DNA from: an uncultured delta proteobacterium
GTDB lineage: Bacteria; Myxococcota_A; Polyangia; Polyangiales; JAFGIB01
Reading direction: 5' to 3'
Assembly (NCBI GenBank): GCA_963778655.1
Contig: CAVZVA010000010.1
Span: 1,472,001 to 1,536,000, forward strand
DNA: 64,000 bases
The notes under the pieces were generated by a model. It was not told the DNA's origin. It did not search any database and worked only from the letters and a program-made list of their open reading frames with translations. The position numbers were made by a program, and so were the translations under genes. Below are positions 39,388 to 49,727 of this stretch, piece after piece. The first letter of the stretch is position 1, and every line of letters starts with the position of its first letter.

Positions 39388-41337
39388 TCAACCGGCGGCG
39401 GCGCGCGCGCGTGCGCTCGCTTCGACGCGCAGCAGGCCCCCTGCGATCGCGATCTCGACCTGGCGCGGCGACATGTCGTGGCGCAGCTCCACCAGGCTGC
39501 CGTCGATTTGGGCGTGCAGCACCCCGCCCCGGCGCAGCGCGGTGTGCAGGCCCGCCAGCTGCAGCGTGCCCTGCGCGCTGGCGATCTGGTCGTAATCCGC
39601 AGGCGAGGAGAAGCGCAGCGGCAGCACGCCGAAGTTGATCAGGTTCTGGAAGTGGATGCGCGCGAAGCTCTTGGCCAGCACAGCCCGCAATCCCAGATGG
39701 CGAGTGGCAAGCGCTGCGTGCTCGCGGCTCGAGCCCTGCCCGTAGTTCGCGCCCGCGACGATCGCGTGCGCACCGATGCGGCGGGCGCGCTGCGCGTAGC
39801 CCGGGTCGAGGCCCTCGAAGCAGAAGTCCGCGATGCGCTCGATGTTGCTGCGGAAGGGCAGCACGCGCGCGCCGGCGGGCAAGATCTCGTCGGTGGATAC
39901 ATCGTCGCCCAGCTTGAGCAGCACCGGTACCACCAGCGAGTCGGGCAAGGCGTCGTGGCGCGGCAGCGGGCGGATGTTCGGCCCCCGCACCAGCTCGACG
40001 CGGCCGGCCGCTTCGGCCTGCAAGGGCGCCAGCAGCAGGCGCCGTGCGCGCGCCGGCTCGCCGCTCGCGCGGGCGACCGGATACGGCTTGCCGAGTGTGC
40101 GCGGATCGGTGATCCGCCCTTGCAGCGCGGATGCGGCTGCGGTCTCAGGGCTGCACAACCACACGCGGTCGTCGTGCGTGCCGCTGCGTCCGGGGAAATT
40201 GCGCGGCACGGTGCGCAGGCTGTTGCGACCGCTGGCGGGCGCCTGGCCCATGCCGATGCAGCCGTTGCACCCGGTCTGGTGCAGGCGCGCGCCAGCGTCG
40301 AGCAGCCTGGTCAGCAGCCCCTCGGCGGCCAGCGCCGACAGCACGCTGCGGGTGGAGGGATTGATGTCGAGCGAGACCTGGGCCGGGACCTGCGCGCCGG
40401 CCACGATCTGCGCCGCGATCGCGAAGTCGCGAAAGCCCGGGTTGGCCGAGGACCCGATGTACGCCTGATGAATCTCCTCACCGGCGACCTCCGCGACCGG
40501 CACCACGTTGCCCGGGCTGGAGGGCTTCGCGATCAGCGGCTGTAGCCTCCCAAGATCGATCTCCTCCTCGACGTCGTAGCTGGCCCCGGGGTCGGCCAGG
40601 ATCTCGGCGAAGGCATCGGCGCGCCCCTGCGCGGCCAGGAAGCTGCGCACGCGGTGATCGGCGGGGAACACGCTGGTGGTCGCGCCCAGCTCGGCGCCCA
40701 TGTTGGCGATCACGTGACGGTCCCAGACGTCGAGCTGCTCGAGACCCGGCCCGCGGTATTCCAGCACCCGGCCCAGGCCGCCGGCCACGCCGTGGCGGCG
40801 CAGCAACTCGAGAATCACGTCCTTGGCGCTGACCCAGTCGGGCAGCTTGCCGTGCAGGGTCACGCCCCAGACCTCGGGCATGGTGACGAAGAAGGGCCTG
40901 CCGGCCATGGCCAGCGCGACCTCCAGGCCGCCCGCTCCGATTGCGAGCATGCCGAGCGCGCCGGCCGCGCAGGTGTGGCTGTCCGAGCCGAGCAGGCTCG
41001 CGCCGGGACGCCCGAAGTGCTCCATGTGCACGGGGTGGCTGACGCCGTTGCCGGGCCGGCTGAACCAGATGCCGAAGCGGCGCGCCGCGCTGTGCAGAAA
41101 TAGATGGTCGTCGCCGTTCTTGAAGTCCTCCTGCAACAGGTTGTGGTCCACGTACTGCACCGAGAGCTCGGTGCGCACGCGCGCCACGCCCATGCGCTCG
41201 AGCTCGAGCATCACCAGCGTGCCGGTGGCGTCCTGAGTCAAGGTCTGGTCCACGCGCAGTGCGATCTCGGCGCTCGGACGCGCTACGCCCTCGACCAGGT
41301 GGGCTGCGATCAATTTATGGGTGACGTTCTGCGGCAT
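39388..41337 (-). CDS. Aconitate hydratase (short single-chain type)
   Basis: QDATG, VDHN, DSHT, IGSSAN, CNGCIGMG, RNFPGRSG, STDEI, NYGQGSSREHA. Confidence 0.92.
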   Translation of the reverse strand: MPQNVTHKLIAAHLVEGVARPSAEIALRVDQTLTQDATGTLVMLELERMGVARVRTELSVQYVDHNLLQEDFKNGDDHLFLHSAARRFGIWFSRPGNGVSHPVHMEHFGRPGASLLGSDSHTCAAGALGMLAIGAGGLEVALAMAGRPFFVTMPEVWGVTLHGKLPDWVSAKDVILELLRRHGVAGGLGRVLEYRGPGLEQLDVWDRHVIANMGAELGATTSVFPADHRVRSFLAAQGRADAFAEILADPGASYDVEEEIDLGRLQPLIAKPSSPGNVVPVAEVAGEEIHQAYIGSSANPGFRDFAIAAQIVAGAQVPAQVSLDINPSTRSVLSALAAEGLLTRLLDAGARLHQTGCNGCIGMGQAPASGRNSLRTVPRNFPGRSGTHDDRVWLCSPETAAASALQGRITDPRTLGKPYPVARASGEPARARRLLLAPLQAEAAGRVELVRGPNIRPLPRHDALPDSLVVPVLLKLGDDVSTDEILPAGARVLPFRSNIERIADFCFEGLDPGYAQRARRIGAHAIVAGANYGQGSSREHAALATRHLGLRAVLAKSFARIHFQNLINFGVLPLRFSSPADYDQIASAQGTLQLAGLHTALRRGGVLHAQIDGSLVELRHDMSPRQVEIAIAGGLLRVEASARARAAAG

Positions 41338-41407
41338 CGCACGGCGCCTCCGTCGCCGGTTGCGGGCGCGGCTGTGCCGCACGCGCTCCGCGCAACTGAG
41401 CGAGCGA

Positions 41408-41423
41408 TGCATCGGGCGTGCCG
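41408..41423 (-). promoter_or_regulatory. Candidate sigma-54 promoter for the aconitase gene
   Basis: Minus strand CGGCACGCCCGATGCA versus consensus TGGCACGNNNNTTGCW, ~70 bp upstream of ATG 41337. Confidence 0.5.
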
Positions 41424-41744
41424 CGCGGGCATCGCCCGGCGCGGGCCGCGCTCGGGCGCGGACCGAGGCGAAATGTCACACGCGTGCCAGCCTGCCCCGT
41501 GCCGCGGCGAGCTCCGCTGGGCAGGCCCTCCGATCGCCTCCGGTCCGGCGCGGGCGCCCGGACAGGCACGGTCCAGGCGCCGATTGTCGCCTCCAGTCGG
41601 TCGCAAAAAGCAAAGTAAAATCCGTCAGATGTGGACTCGCACGGCGACCCACCGGACCTGCTTGCTGCCGCTTCCGGTGCTCGCGTTGTTGTCCCCGACG
41701 CCCGCGCCATACAAAGTAGCGGGCCGCCTTGCGGCCCTTCGCCT

Positions 41745-43553
41745 ATGCTCACCGCCGCCGAGCTACACCCCAGCCGCCTGCCCACGACGCTGCTGGGTCA
41801 CCTGCGCCGGCAGGGGTCGCGCTACGGGTTGGGGATGCTGCTGCTGGGCGCCTACCAGTACGCCCAGTACTTCTTCGACACGCGGCTGCAGCGCGCGATC
41901 GACGCCGCCGTGCACGGCAACGCCACGCTCGCCGGACGCATCGGCGCGGCGTTGATCGGCGTCGCGCTCGCGTCGCTGCTCTTGCGCGTGCTCTCGCGCA
42001 TGGTGGTGTTCAACGCCGGCCGCATCGCCGAGTACGAGCTACGGCGGGCGCTGCTGCACCAGCTGCAGCGCCTCGGGCCGTCCTTCTACCGCCACATGCC
42101 GGTCGGCGACATCATGAGCCGCGCCACCAACGATCTGGCCCAGGTGCGGATGCTATTCGGCTTCGCCGCGCTCAACGCGATGAACACCGCGTTCGCGTTC
42201 CCGAGCTCGCTGGCCGTCACCGTGAGCATCTCGGGCAAGCTGACCGCCGCGGCGCTGTGCACGCTGCCCCTGCTGTTCGTGGTGATGGTCGGCTTCGCGC
42301 GCGCGATGTTCTCCCGCCAGCGCGACAATCAGGAGGCGATCGGCCAGATGAGCGCGCTGGTGCAATCGAGCATCTCGGGGGTGCGGGTGGTGCGCTCGTT
42401 TGCGCTCGAGGAAGCGGAGACGCGGCGCTTCGCCGTCAGCAATGCCGACTACCTCGACAAGAGCCTCGCGCTCGCGCGGCTGCGCGGGTTGATGTTTCCG
42501 GTGATGCAGGCCATTACAGCCATCGGCACGGTGGTCGTGCTGTGGTACGGCGGCCACCTCATGCTGACCGGCGAGATCACCGCCGGGGGCTTTCTGGCAT
42601 TCTTCCGCGCGCTCTCGCGGCTGACCTGGCCGCTGATTTCGGTCGGCTTCTTGTTGTCGTTGATCCAGCGCGGGCGCGCCGCCTACGTGCGCCTGGCCGA
42701 GGTGTTTCAGGCCCAACCCGACATCGTCAGCGGTCCGTTGTCCGCGCCCCAGAGCTGTCGGGGCCAGCTGTCGGTGCGCGGGCTCTCGTTCGACTACGGC
42801 CAGCGCCGCGTGCTCGACGACGTCTCCTTCGAGGTCGAGCCGGGAACGCTGGTCGCGGTGGTGGGAAAGACGGGCAGCGGCAAGTCCACCCTGGCGGCGT
42901 TGCTGCCGAGGCTGCTGCCGACCCCGCGCGGCAGCGTGTTCATCGACGGGCAGGACGTGTGCGATCTGCCCCTGTCGTTCGTGCGCGCCACCATCGGCTA
43001 CGCGCAACAGGGCGCGTTTCTGTTCTCGACCACGCTCGGGCGCAATATCGCCTATTGTCTCGACGATCCGGATGCGCCCGCTGCGGTCCAGGCGGTGCTG
43101 CGTGCCGCGACCGACGCGCAGATGGCTGATGAGGTGCGCACGCTGCCCGACGCCTACGAGACGGTGGTCGGCGAGCGCGGCGTGCAGCTCTCCGGCGGCC
43201 AAAAGCAGCGCGTCGCGCTGGCGCGCGCGTTGCTGGCGCAGCCGCGCGTGCTGCTGCTCGACGATCCGCTGTCCGCGGTCGACTCGCGCACCGAGCGCGC
43301 CATCCTGGACGTGCTCGAGCGCGAGCGCGAGCGCCGCAGCGTGCTGCTGATCACGCACCGGGTCGCGGCCGCAGCGCGCTGCGACGCGGTCTTGGTGCTG
43401 GACCAGGGACGCATCGTCGAGCGCGGCACCCACCAGCAGCTGCTCGGGCGCGGTGGCCTCTACGCCGCCTTCGCCGAGGAACAGCGCGTCGAGAGCGAGC
43501 TCGAGGCGCTCGGCGGGGCCGAGAGCGCGCCGGCCGAGGCGGTGACCGCGTGA
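41745..43553 (+). CDS. ABC exporter half-transporter (TMD+NBD) with a degenerate Walker B
   Basis: GKTGSGKST, LSGGQKQR, LLLDDPLSAVD; multi-TM N-terminus; start uncertain (41631 possible). Confidence 0.93.
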   Translation: MLTAAELHPSRLPTTLLGHLRRQGSRYGLGMLLLGAYQYAQYFFDTRLQRAIDAAVHGNATLAGRIGAALIGVALASLLLRVLSRMVVFNAGRIAEYELRRALLHQLQRLGPSFYRHMPVGDIMSRATNDLAQVRMLFGFAALNAMNTAFAFPSSLAVTVSISGKLTAAALCTLPLLFVVMVGFARAMFSRQRDNQEAIGQMSALVQSSISGVRVVRSFALEEAETRRFAVSNADYLDKSLALARLRGLMFPVMQAITAIGTVVVLWYGGHLMLTGEITAGGFLAFFRALSRLTWPLISVGFLLSLIQRGRAAYVRLAEVFQAQPDIVSGPLSAPQSCRGQLSVRGLSFDYGQRRVLDDVSFEVEPGTLVAVVGKTGSGKSTLAALLPRLLPTPRGSVFIDGQDVCDLPLSFVRATIGYAQQGAFLFSTTLGRNIAYCLDDPDAPAAVQAVLRAATDAQMADEVRTLPDAYETVVGERGVQLSGGQKQRVALARALLAQPRVLLLDDPLSAVDSRTERAILDVLERERERRSVLLITHRVAAAARCDAVLVLDQGRIVERGTHQQLLGRGGLYAAFAEEQRVESELEALGGAESAPAEAVTA

Positions 43554-45427
43554 ACGACGTGCCGCGCCAAGCGTCCGCCGCCGCTGCCGCCGGGGCCGCC
43601 AAGCGGACCGAGGCCGCGCTGCGCGCCTTCCACGAGGAAAGCGCGCTGGGCAAGGCCTACGACGCGCGCTTGCTTTCGCGTCTGTGGCCCTTCGTGCGGC
43701 CGTACCAGGGCTGGCTCTGGCTCTCGATCGGGTTGGGCGTGGTCACCGCCGGCCTGGCGCTGGCCCGGCCTTACGTGATGCGGGTGACGATCGATCGCGG
43801 CGCCATCGGCAAGGATCCCAGGGTGCTGTTGTGGGGCGGCGCAGCATTCGCGGCGATCATCGTGGTCGAGCAGGTGCTGACCTTCGTGCAGGTGTACACC
43901 GTGCAGATCTCGGGCGCGCGCGCGCTGGCGGATCTGCGGCGCGACGTGTTCGCGTTCCTGCATGGCCGCCGGCTCGCTTTCTTCGACCGCCAGCCGGTAG
44001 GAAGGCTGGTGACCCGTGTCACCAACGACGTGGACGCCATCCTCGAGCTGTTCGCCTCCGGCGCGCTCAACGCCTTCGTCGACCTGATCAAGCTGGTCGG
44101 GATCGTGGTCGTGATGGTGGCGCTCGATTGGCGGCTGTCGCTGATCGGCTTCGCTGCCGCGCCTGTGGTCGCGGTGCTGGTCGGGCTGGTGCGGCGTCGC
44201 TCGCGCGAGGCGTTTCGCGCCATCCGCGCCAAGACCGCGCAGATGAACGCCAACATGAACGAGCAGGTCTCGGGCATGGCCGTGGTGCAGGCGTTCTGTC
44301 GGGAGGAGGCGGCCGCGGCCGAGCTCGATACCATCAACGTGGCTTACCGCGAGGCCAATATCGCCTCGATCAAGTACGAAGCGTTCCAGGACGCGGCAAT
44401 CGAGATGGTGGCCTCGGTGTGCCTGGCCTCGATCGTGGTCTCGCTCGGCTACCGGCCGGTGAGCTTCGGCACGGTGGTCGCGTTCAATGCGTACTTGATG
44501 ATGTTCTTCGAGCCGATCAGCGCGCTGGCGCAGCGCTACACGCTGCTGCAGAACGCGATGGCCGGCGCCGAGCGCGTGTTCGGGCTGCTCGACCAGGACG
44601 AGGCGGATGCGCCCCGGCGCCAGGCGACGGGCGGCGGGGACGAGCGCGACCACGACCACGACCACGACCGGGAGGCGTTTGCGTTCGAGCATGTGGAGTT
44701 CGAGTACAAGCCGGGGGTGCCCGTGCTGCACGATCTCAGCTTCGGCGTGCGGCGGGGCGAGAAGGTCGCTGTGGTGGGCCCGACGGGCGCGGGCAAGACC
44801 ACGCTCGCCTCGCTGCTGCAGCGGCTGTACGAGCCGAGCGCAGGCGTGGTGTGGGTCGACGGTCGCGACGCGTCCACGTTCGAGCGCGCCGGGCTGCGGC
44901 GGCGCTTCGCGGTGGTGCCACAGGACGTGTTCCTGTTCCCGGGCACGATCGCCAGCAACGTGGCGGCCGGCGACGCCAGCCCCGACCGGGCGCGGGTGGA
45001 GGAGGCTCTGCGCCGCATCGATGCCTACGACCTGTTCGCGCGCAGGCCGGGCGGGCTCGACGCTCCGGTCGACGAGCGCGGCGAGAACTTCTCGGCCGGC
45101 GAGCGCCAGTTGATCGCGTTCGCGCGGGCGCTCTACCGCGACGCGCCCACGATCATCCTCGACGAGGCCACCGCCAACATCGACAGCGAGACCGAGGCCC
45201 GCATCACGCACGCGCTCGAGGCCCTGATGAAGGGCCGCACGGCGCTGGTGATCGCCCACCGGCTCAGCACCGTGCGCGCGGCAGATCGCATCCTGGTGCT
45301 GCATCGCGGCCGCCTGGTGGAGCAGGGCACCCACGCCGAGCTGCTGCGCGCCGGCGGCCTCTACGCCAAGCTCCACCGCCTGCACTTCGGCCGCAAGGAA
45401 GACTCGATCGCCCCGCCCGCGCCGTGA
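43550..45427 (+). CDS. ABC exporter half-transporter (TMD+NBD), heterodimer partner
   Basis: GTGA overlap; GPTGAGKTT, FSAGERQ, ILDEATANID, IAHRLST. Confidence 0.93.
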   Translation: MNDVPRQASAAAAAGAAKRTEAALRAFHEESALGKAYDARLLSRLWPFVRPYQGWLWLSIGLGVVTAGLALARPYVMRVTIDRGAIGKDPRVLLWGGAAFAAIIVVEQVLTFVQVYTVQISGARALADLRRDVFAFLHGRRLAFFDRQPVGRLVTRVTNDVDAILELFASGALNAFVDLIKLVGIVVVMVALDWRLSLIGFAAAPVVAVLVGLVRRRSREAFRAIRAKTAQMNANMNEQVSGMAVVQAFCREEAAAAELDTINVAYREANIASIKYEAFQDAAIEMVASVCLASIVVSLGYRPVSFGTVVAFNAYLMMFFEPISALAQRYTLLQNAMAGAERVFGLLDQDEADAPRRQATGGGDERDHDHDHDREAFAFEHVEFEYKPGVPVLHDLSFGVRRGEKVAVVGPTGAGKTTLASLLQRLYEPSAGVVWVDGRDASTFERAGLRRRFAVVPQDVFLFPGTIASNVAAGDASPDRARVEEALRRIDAYDLFARRPGGLDAPVDERGENFSAGERQLIAFARALYRDAPTIILDEATANIDSETEARITHALEALMKGRTALVIAHRLSTVRAADRILVLHRGRLVEQGTHAELLRAGGLYAKLHRLHFGRKEDSIAPPAP

Positions 45428-45431
45428 CCGC

Positions 45432-46745
45432 TCAACGCTTGCAGCCGCCCGTGCCCGCCGCTGGGGCATCGGGGGGGTTGAGCAGGGCGGGCGAGCCGAA
45501 GTCGAGCATGTCGAGCAGCGCGTCGGCGTTGGCGTCGCGCGCGGTCAGGGCCGGCAGGTCGAACAGCACCTCGATCAGGCGCAGGATCGAGGCGTGCTCG
45601 TGCCGCCGGTGCGAGACGTAGTGCGGCCGCGCCCACGGCGAGATCATCACCAGCGGCACCCGCACCCCGAGCTCGAAGAAGGAGGAATCCTCCGGTCGCG
45701 CCACGCACGAGGTGCCCGGCGCCACGTGGTCGAAGAAGCCGCCGGCCTCGTCGTAGGTCCAGATCAGCAGGGTCGAGGGCCACAGCGGGCTGCCGACCAC
45801 CGCGTCGTAGATCATGTGCGTCCAGCGTTCTCCGGCCTGCACGTCCGCGCTCGGGTGCTCGTCTTGCACGTTTTCCTGAGCGTCCACAAAGCTCACCTGC
45901 GGCAGCGTTCCGTCGGCCAGCCGGGCCAAGAACGTCGGCACGTCCGACACGCCCGCATGGTCCTTTGGCCAGCACAGCGTGCCCTCGAAGGGCTTGTCGA
46001 CGCTGTACGCGCCCCAGCTCACGCCGCGGGCGTCGAGCTCGGTGAAAATCGTCGGCAGGTTCGGGTTGGGACAGCCACCGCCGGTCCGGGTCACCCCGTC
46101 GGAGGTGCCGAGCAACATGTAGTCTCGGTTGGGCCAGGTCCCGCTGCGTACCGAGGGGAAGTGTCGATCGGCTATCGCGTAGGTGTTGGCCAGGAAGTAA
46201 TAGAAGGGCAGGTCGCGGTCGTCGAAGTAGGCCATCACGAAGTGGCCGTCGCCGTGCACGCTTCTAATCGCGCTGGTGATGAAGCCGTCCATCTTGCCGC
46301 CGTCGACCATGGCATGCATCGAAACCCACTGGTGATCCGGGTCGTGCTCCGGGCAGGTGCTGGTGGCGTGAAACGCGGGCACTTGCTGCCCGAGCCCGTC
46401 GGGGTTCGAGAAGCCGGGCGGCATCCGCTCGGAGTCGGGCTGACCGTGCAGGTAGAGCTGGCCGAAGAACTGATCGTAGGAGTGATTCTCTTTCATCATC
46501 ACGATCACGTGATCGACCGGCATCGCGCGCAGCTCCGCGACGCTCAGACCCAAGGTCTCGTTTGCGCGCGCGCCCGATCCGTAGGGGCAGCGCGCGGGCT
46601 CATTGGGGCCTTCGCCGCCATCGCTGTCGAACGCGCTTCCGTCGCTCGCGAGCGCCGGGCCGCCCCCGGCCCCGCCGGCTTGGCCCGGCCGCGCGCGTTC
46701 GCTGGCGACGCACGCGCTCAGCCAGCAGCTCAGCCAGCAGCTCAA
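45432..46745 (-). CDS. Phosphoesterase / phospholipase C family protein
   Basis: HVIVMMKENHSYD, TWPNR, DEHP, TYDEAGGFFDHV, GVRVP; start uncertain. Confidence 0.9.
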   Translation of the reverse strand: MSCWLSCWLSACVASERARPGQAGGAGGGPALASDGSAFDSDGGEGPNEPARCPYGSGARANETLGLSVAELRAMPVDHVIVMMKENHSYDQFFGQLYLHGQPDSERMPPGFSNPDGLGQQVPAFHATSTCPEHDPDHQWVSMHAMVDGGKMDGFITSAIRSVHGDGHFVMAYFDDRDLPFYYFLANTYAIADRHFPSVRSGTWPNRDYMLLGTSDGVTRTGGGCPNPNLPTIFTELDARGVSWGAYSVDKPFEGTLCWPKDHAGVSDVPTFLARLADGTLPQVSFVDAQENVQDEHPSADVQAGERWTHMIYDAVVGSPLWPSTLLIWTYDEAGGFFDHVAPGTSCVARPEDSSFFELGVRVPLVMISPWARPHYVSHRRHEHASILRLIEVLFDLPALTARDANADALLDMLDFGSPALLNPPDAPAAGTGGCKR

Positions 46746-46891
46746 CCACAGCGCCCGCGTCAGCTTGGTGTCCAGGCGAGCCCTCCGCCGCGGCAGCCGC
46801 CTCCGCCGAGGTCGGCATCCTGGCTGGTGAGTCAGGGAGACTCCCCGCCTTACGCATCCAAGCAGACGGATGACATAACCGTGTGCAAAAG

Positions 46892-48484
46892 CTACTCGGC
46901 GCGCGTGCTTTCACGCCGCGTTTGCCGGTCTGTCACGCCGGCGTCGCCAGCGTCCGCGCGCGCGCCCGTGCCCCGCCGGGTGAGCACGATCAATAGGGCG
47001 CCCAGCGCCGCGAGCGCCACGGCCAGCAGCGCCTCGATCGCCAGCGAAAGCGGGCTGCGGTCGACCCACACGTCGAGCCGCTTGGGCGTGGGATCGTGGC
47101 GCGGGCGCCAGGCGGGCAATCCCAGGCTCTGCCAGGGGTAATACGAGCGCTCGCTCCACTTGCTGTGGTGCAGGTAGCGAAAGACCAGCCACTGCTGGGC
47201 GACGATCGGGTTGAGCTCGGGGATGAAGTGCTGCGCCAGCAGGTCGTCGCGCACCGCCTCCGGGTGCCGGACCCGGCCCAGCACGGTCGTCGACACCGGT
47301 CCGGTCACCACCAGGAAGCGCGACGGCGCCACACAGACCGCCAGCAGCTGGATGTAGAAGCCTGCCGCGGCCAGAGCCAGCACCAGCTTGCGCGCCCGCC
47401 CCGGGGTACCGAGCCAGCACAGGGCCGGCACGCAGGCGAGCGGGACGACCGGCAGCAGCAGCCGCGGGCCCCAAGCCCAGTCGCCGTTCCAGGCCCACCA
47501 TTTGGCCACGAGCAACAAGGTCAGCAGGGTGGGGATCGCCAGCAGCCACAGCTCGCGCCGCCGCTGCCGCAGCCAGCGCGGCAGCGCGCAGGCGCTGGCG
47601 ATCAGCAATGGCGAGTACAGGAACACGCTCTTACCCGGGCTCAGCAGCAGTCCATACAGCCCGGACAGCAGGGGCGTGCCAAAGCCGATCGTCGCGTCGC
47701 GCCCTTTGCCGTAGCCCTGGGCCAGCACATCGCCGTAACGCATGTAGTTGTAGGCCAGCCAGGCGCCCACACCCGGCAGCGCGCCGAGGCAGGCCAGGCC
47801 GAGCCCGGTCAAGCGCCGCCGATCCCAGCGCTCGTGCGCTTGGTCGACCAGCACCGCCAGCGGCAGCACCGCGAGCAGGATCTTGGCGTTCGGCGCGAAC
47901 CCGAGCAGCAGCCCGCCGGCGAAGAACGCGCCTCGGGCGCCGGCGTCGCGTGCGCGCAGCCACACCCGCAGCGTCCAGACCGCCAGCGCGGCTTGCAGCG
48001 TCTCGCTGTACAGGCTGCGGCCCGCGAGCCAGATCGGTGTCGTGAACACCACCAGCAAGGCGAACGCCAGCGCGACCGCTTCGCTCGCTCCGAGCGCCAG
48101 CGAAAGCGAGAATAACCCGAGCGCGAGCGCGCCCGTGATCGCGTGTGGCCCGATGCCGAGCGCGAGCGCGGCCAGCGCCCGATCGTGCGGGCGGAGCTGC
48201 TGGGCCGCGGCGCGCAGCGCGACCGAGGGCACGCACTGCAACACGGCGAGCAACGGGTACTTGACGTAGTACTTGCCGTCAGGCCCCCGCATGATGTCGC
48301 TGCGAGTCGGCTCCACGTCGAGGCGGCCGCGCGCCAGCAGGGACTGGGCCGCGTCGCACATCAGCCCGGCATCGCCGGTGTACGGGTTGGCGCGTGCGCC
48401 CAGCGCGAGCGCGACCATCACGAAGCAGAACAGCGCGAGCGGCAACGCTCTTTCCGAGGTGCGGCGTGAGGCCTCTGCACGCAT
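46892..48484 (-). CDS. GT-C-like multi-pass membrane protein
   Basis: GD after TM1, YYVKYP, SLYSE, GLLLSPGKSVFLYSP, WAWGPRLLLP. Confidence 0.75.
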   Translation of the reverse strand: MRAEASRRTSERALPLALFCFVMVALALGARANPYTGDAGLMCDAAQSLLARGRLDVEPTRSDIMRGPDGKYYVKYPLLAVLQCVPSVALRAAAQQLRPHDRALAALALGIGPHAITGALALGLFSLSLALGASEAVALAFALLVVFTTPIWLAGRSLYSETLQAALAVWTLRVWLRARDAGARGAFFAGGLLLGFAPNAKILLAVLPLAVLVDQAHERWDRRRLTGLGLACLGALPGVGAWLAYNYMRYGDVLAQGYGKGRDATIGFGTPLLSGLYGLLLSPGKSVFLYSPLLIASACALPRWLRQRRRELWLLAIPTLLTLLLVAKWWAWNGDWAWGPRLLLPVVPLACVPALCWLGTPGRARKLVLALAAAGFYIQLLAVCVAPSRFLVVTGPVSTTVLGRVRHPEAVRDDLLAQHFIPELNPIVAQQWLVFRYLHHSKWSERSYYPWQSLGLPAWRPRHDPTPKRLDVWVDRSPLSLAIEALLAVALAALGALLIVLTRRGTGARADAGDAGVTDRQTRRESTRAE

Positions 48485-48637
48485 GGCAATCGCAGGTCGG
48501 AGCGCCGGCGGCCGCGGCCGCTTTTGGGCCCGCCCCGTGCTGCGGCTCGCGACCGAGGGGATACTCTGCGCTAATTGGCGCGCGTGCAACGGCGCGGGGC
48601 TTGAAGCCCGCGGCCGAAACCATTATCTGGCGGAGGC

Positions 48638-49633
48638 ATGACCGACGGCGGCCCAGGCGACCGGCTCGAGCTCTCGGTGCTGGTGCCCGTGCTCAACGAG
48701 GCCGAGTCGCTCGAGATCCTGCACGCGGAGCTGGGCGCAAGCTGCGGCGCGGCCGTCACCAGCTACGAGATCGTGTACGTGGACGACGGCAGCACCGACG
48801 GCTCGTCGGAGCTGCTCGACGGCTTGGCCGAGAGCGATCCGCACGTCACCGTGATCCACTTCCGCCGCAACTTCGGCAAGTCGCCCGCGCTCGCGGCCGG
48901 CTTCGAGCAGGTGCGCGGGGAGATCGTGATCACGCTCGACGCGGACCTGCAGGACGACCCGGCGATGATCCCCGAATTTCTGGCGCGCGTCCGCGCCGGC
49001 GCCGATCTGGTCTCCGGTTGGAAGCAGCGACGCCACGACCCGCTCGACAAGACGCTGCCTTCGCGCATGTTCAACCGGGTGGTCGCGGCCTTGACCGGGG
49101 TGAAGCTGCGCGATTTCAACTGCGGCTTCAAGGCGTACCGTGCGGTGTGCGTGAGGGAGCTGCGTGTGTACGGCGGCTTTCACCGCTTTCTTCCCGTGCT
49201 CGCCCACGATCGCGGCTTTCGCGTGGAGGAGCTGGTGGTGCGCCACCGGCCGCGACGCTTCGGCAAGAGCAAGTACGGCTCGACCCGCTTCTTCGAGGGC
49301 CTGCTCGATTTGCCGACCGTGCTGCTGTTGACCCGCTATCGCACGCGCCCGCTGCACTTCTTCGGCGTGCCCGGCGCGCTGGTGGCGGCGCTCGGCGTGC
49401 TGATCCTGTCCTACCTGACGGTGCTGTGGTTCAGGGGCGAGCCGGTCGGCACGCGCCCCTTGCTCACGCTGGGCGTGCTGCTCACCATCACCGGGATCCA
49501 GATCTTGTGCGTGGGCCTGGTGGCCGAGGTGGTGGTGCGCACCACGCTCGGCCGCACCGAGGTGTTTGCGATTCGCAGCATCCGGGGCGCGGGCGCCCCG
49601 CCCGCCGGCGCCTCGCAGCAAGGCAGGCCGTGA
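48638..49633 (+). CDS. GT2 polyprenol-phosphate glycosyltransferase (ArnC/GtrB-like)
   Basis: VPVLNE, VDDGSTD, RNFGK, DADLQDDP, two C-terminal TMs. Confidence 0.93.
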   Translation: MTDGGPGDRLELSVLVPVLNEAESLEILHAELGASCGAAVTSYEIVYVDDGSTDGSSELLDGLAESDPHVTVIHFRRNFGKSPALAAGFEQVRGEIVITLDADLQDDPAMIPEFLARVRAGADLVSGWKQRRHDPLDKTLPSRMFNRVVAALTGVKLRDFNCGFKAYRAVCVRELRVYGGFHRFLPVLAHDRGFRVEELVVRHRPRRFGKSKYGSTRFFEGLLDLPTVLLLTRYRTRPLHFFGVPGALVAALGVLILSYLTVLWFRGEPVGTRPLLTLGVLLTITGIQILCVGLVAEVVVRTTLGRTEVFAIRSIRGAGAPPAGASQQGRP

Positions 49634-49727
49634 GCGCAGCGAGCCGCGCGGAGGGGTGGGGCCCCAACGGCTTTGCCGGATGGACAGGAAGGGTGCGTGC
49701 CCTCCCCGCTAGCTTGGAAGGCCCTCC

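Noticed and set aside
46715..46751. 12-bp tandem repeat (SCWL) at the phospholipase start
   Set aside because: In-frame, short and inside a signal-like region; no evidence of switching.
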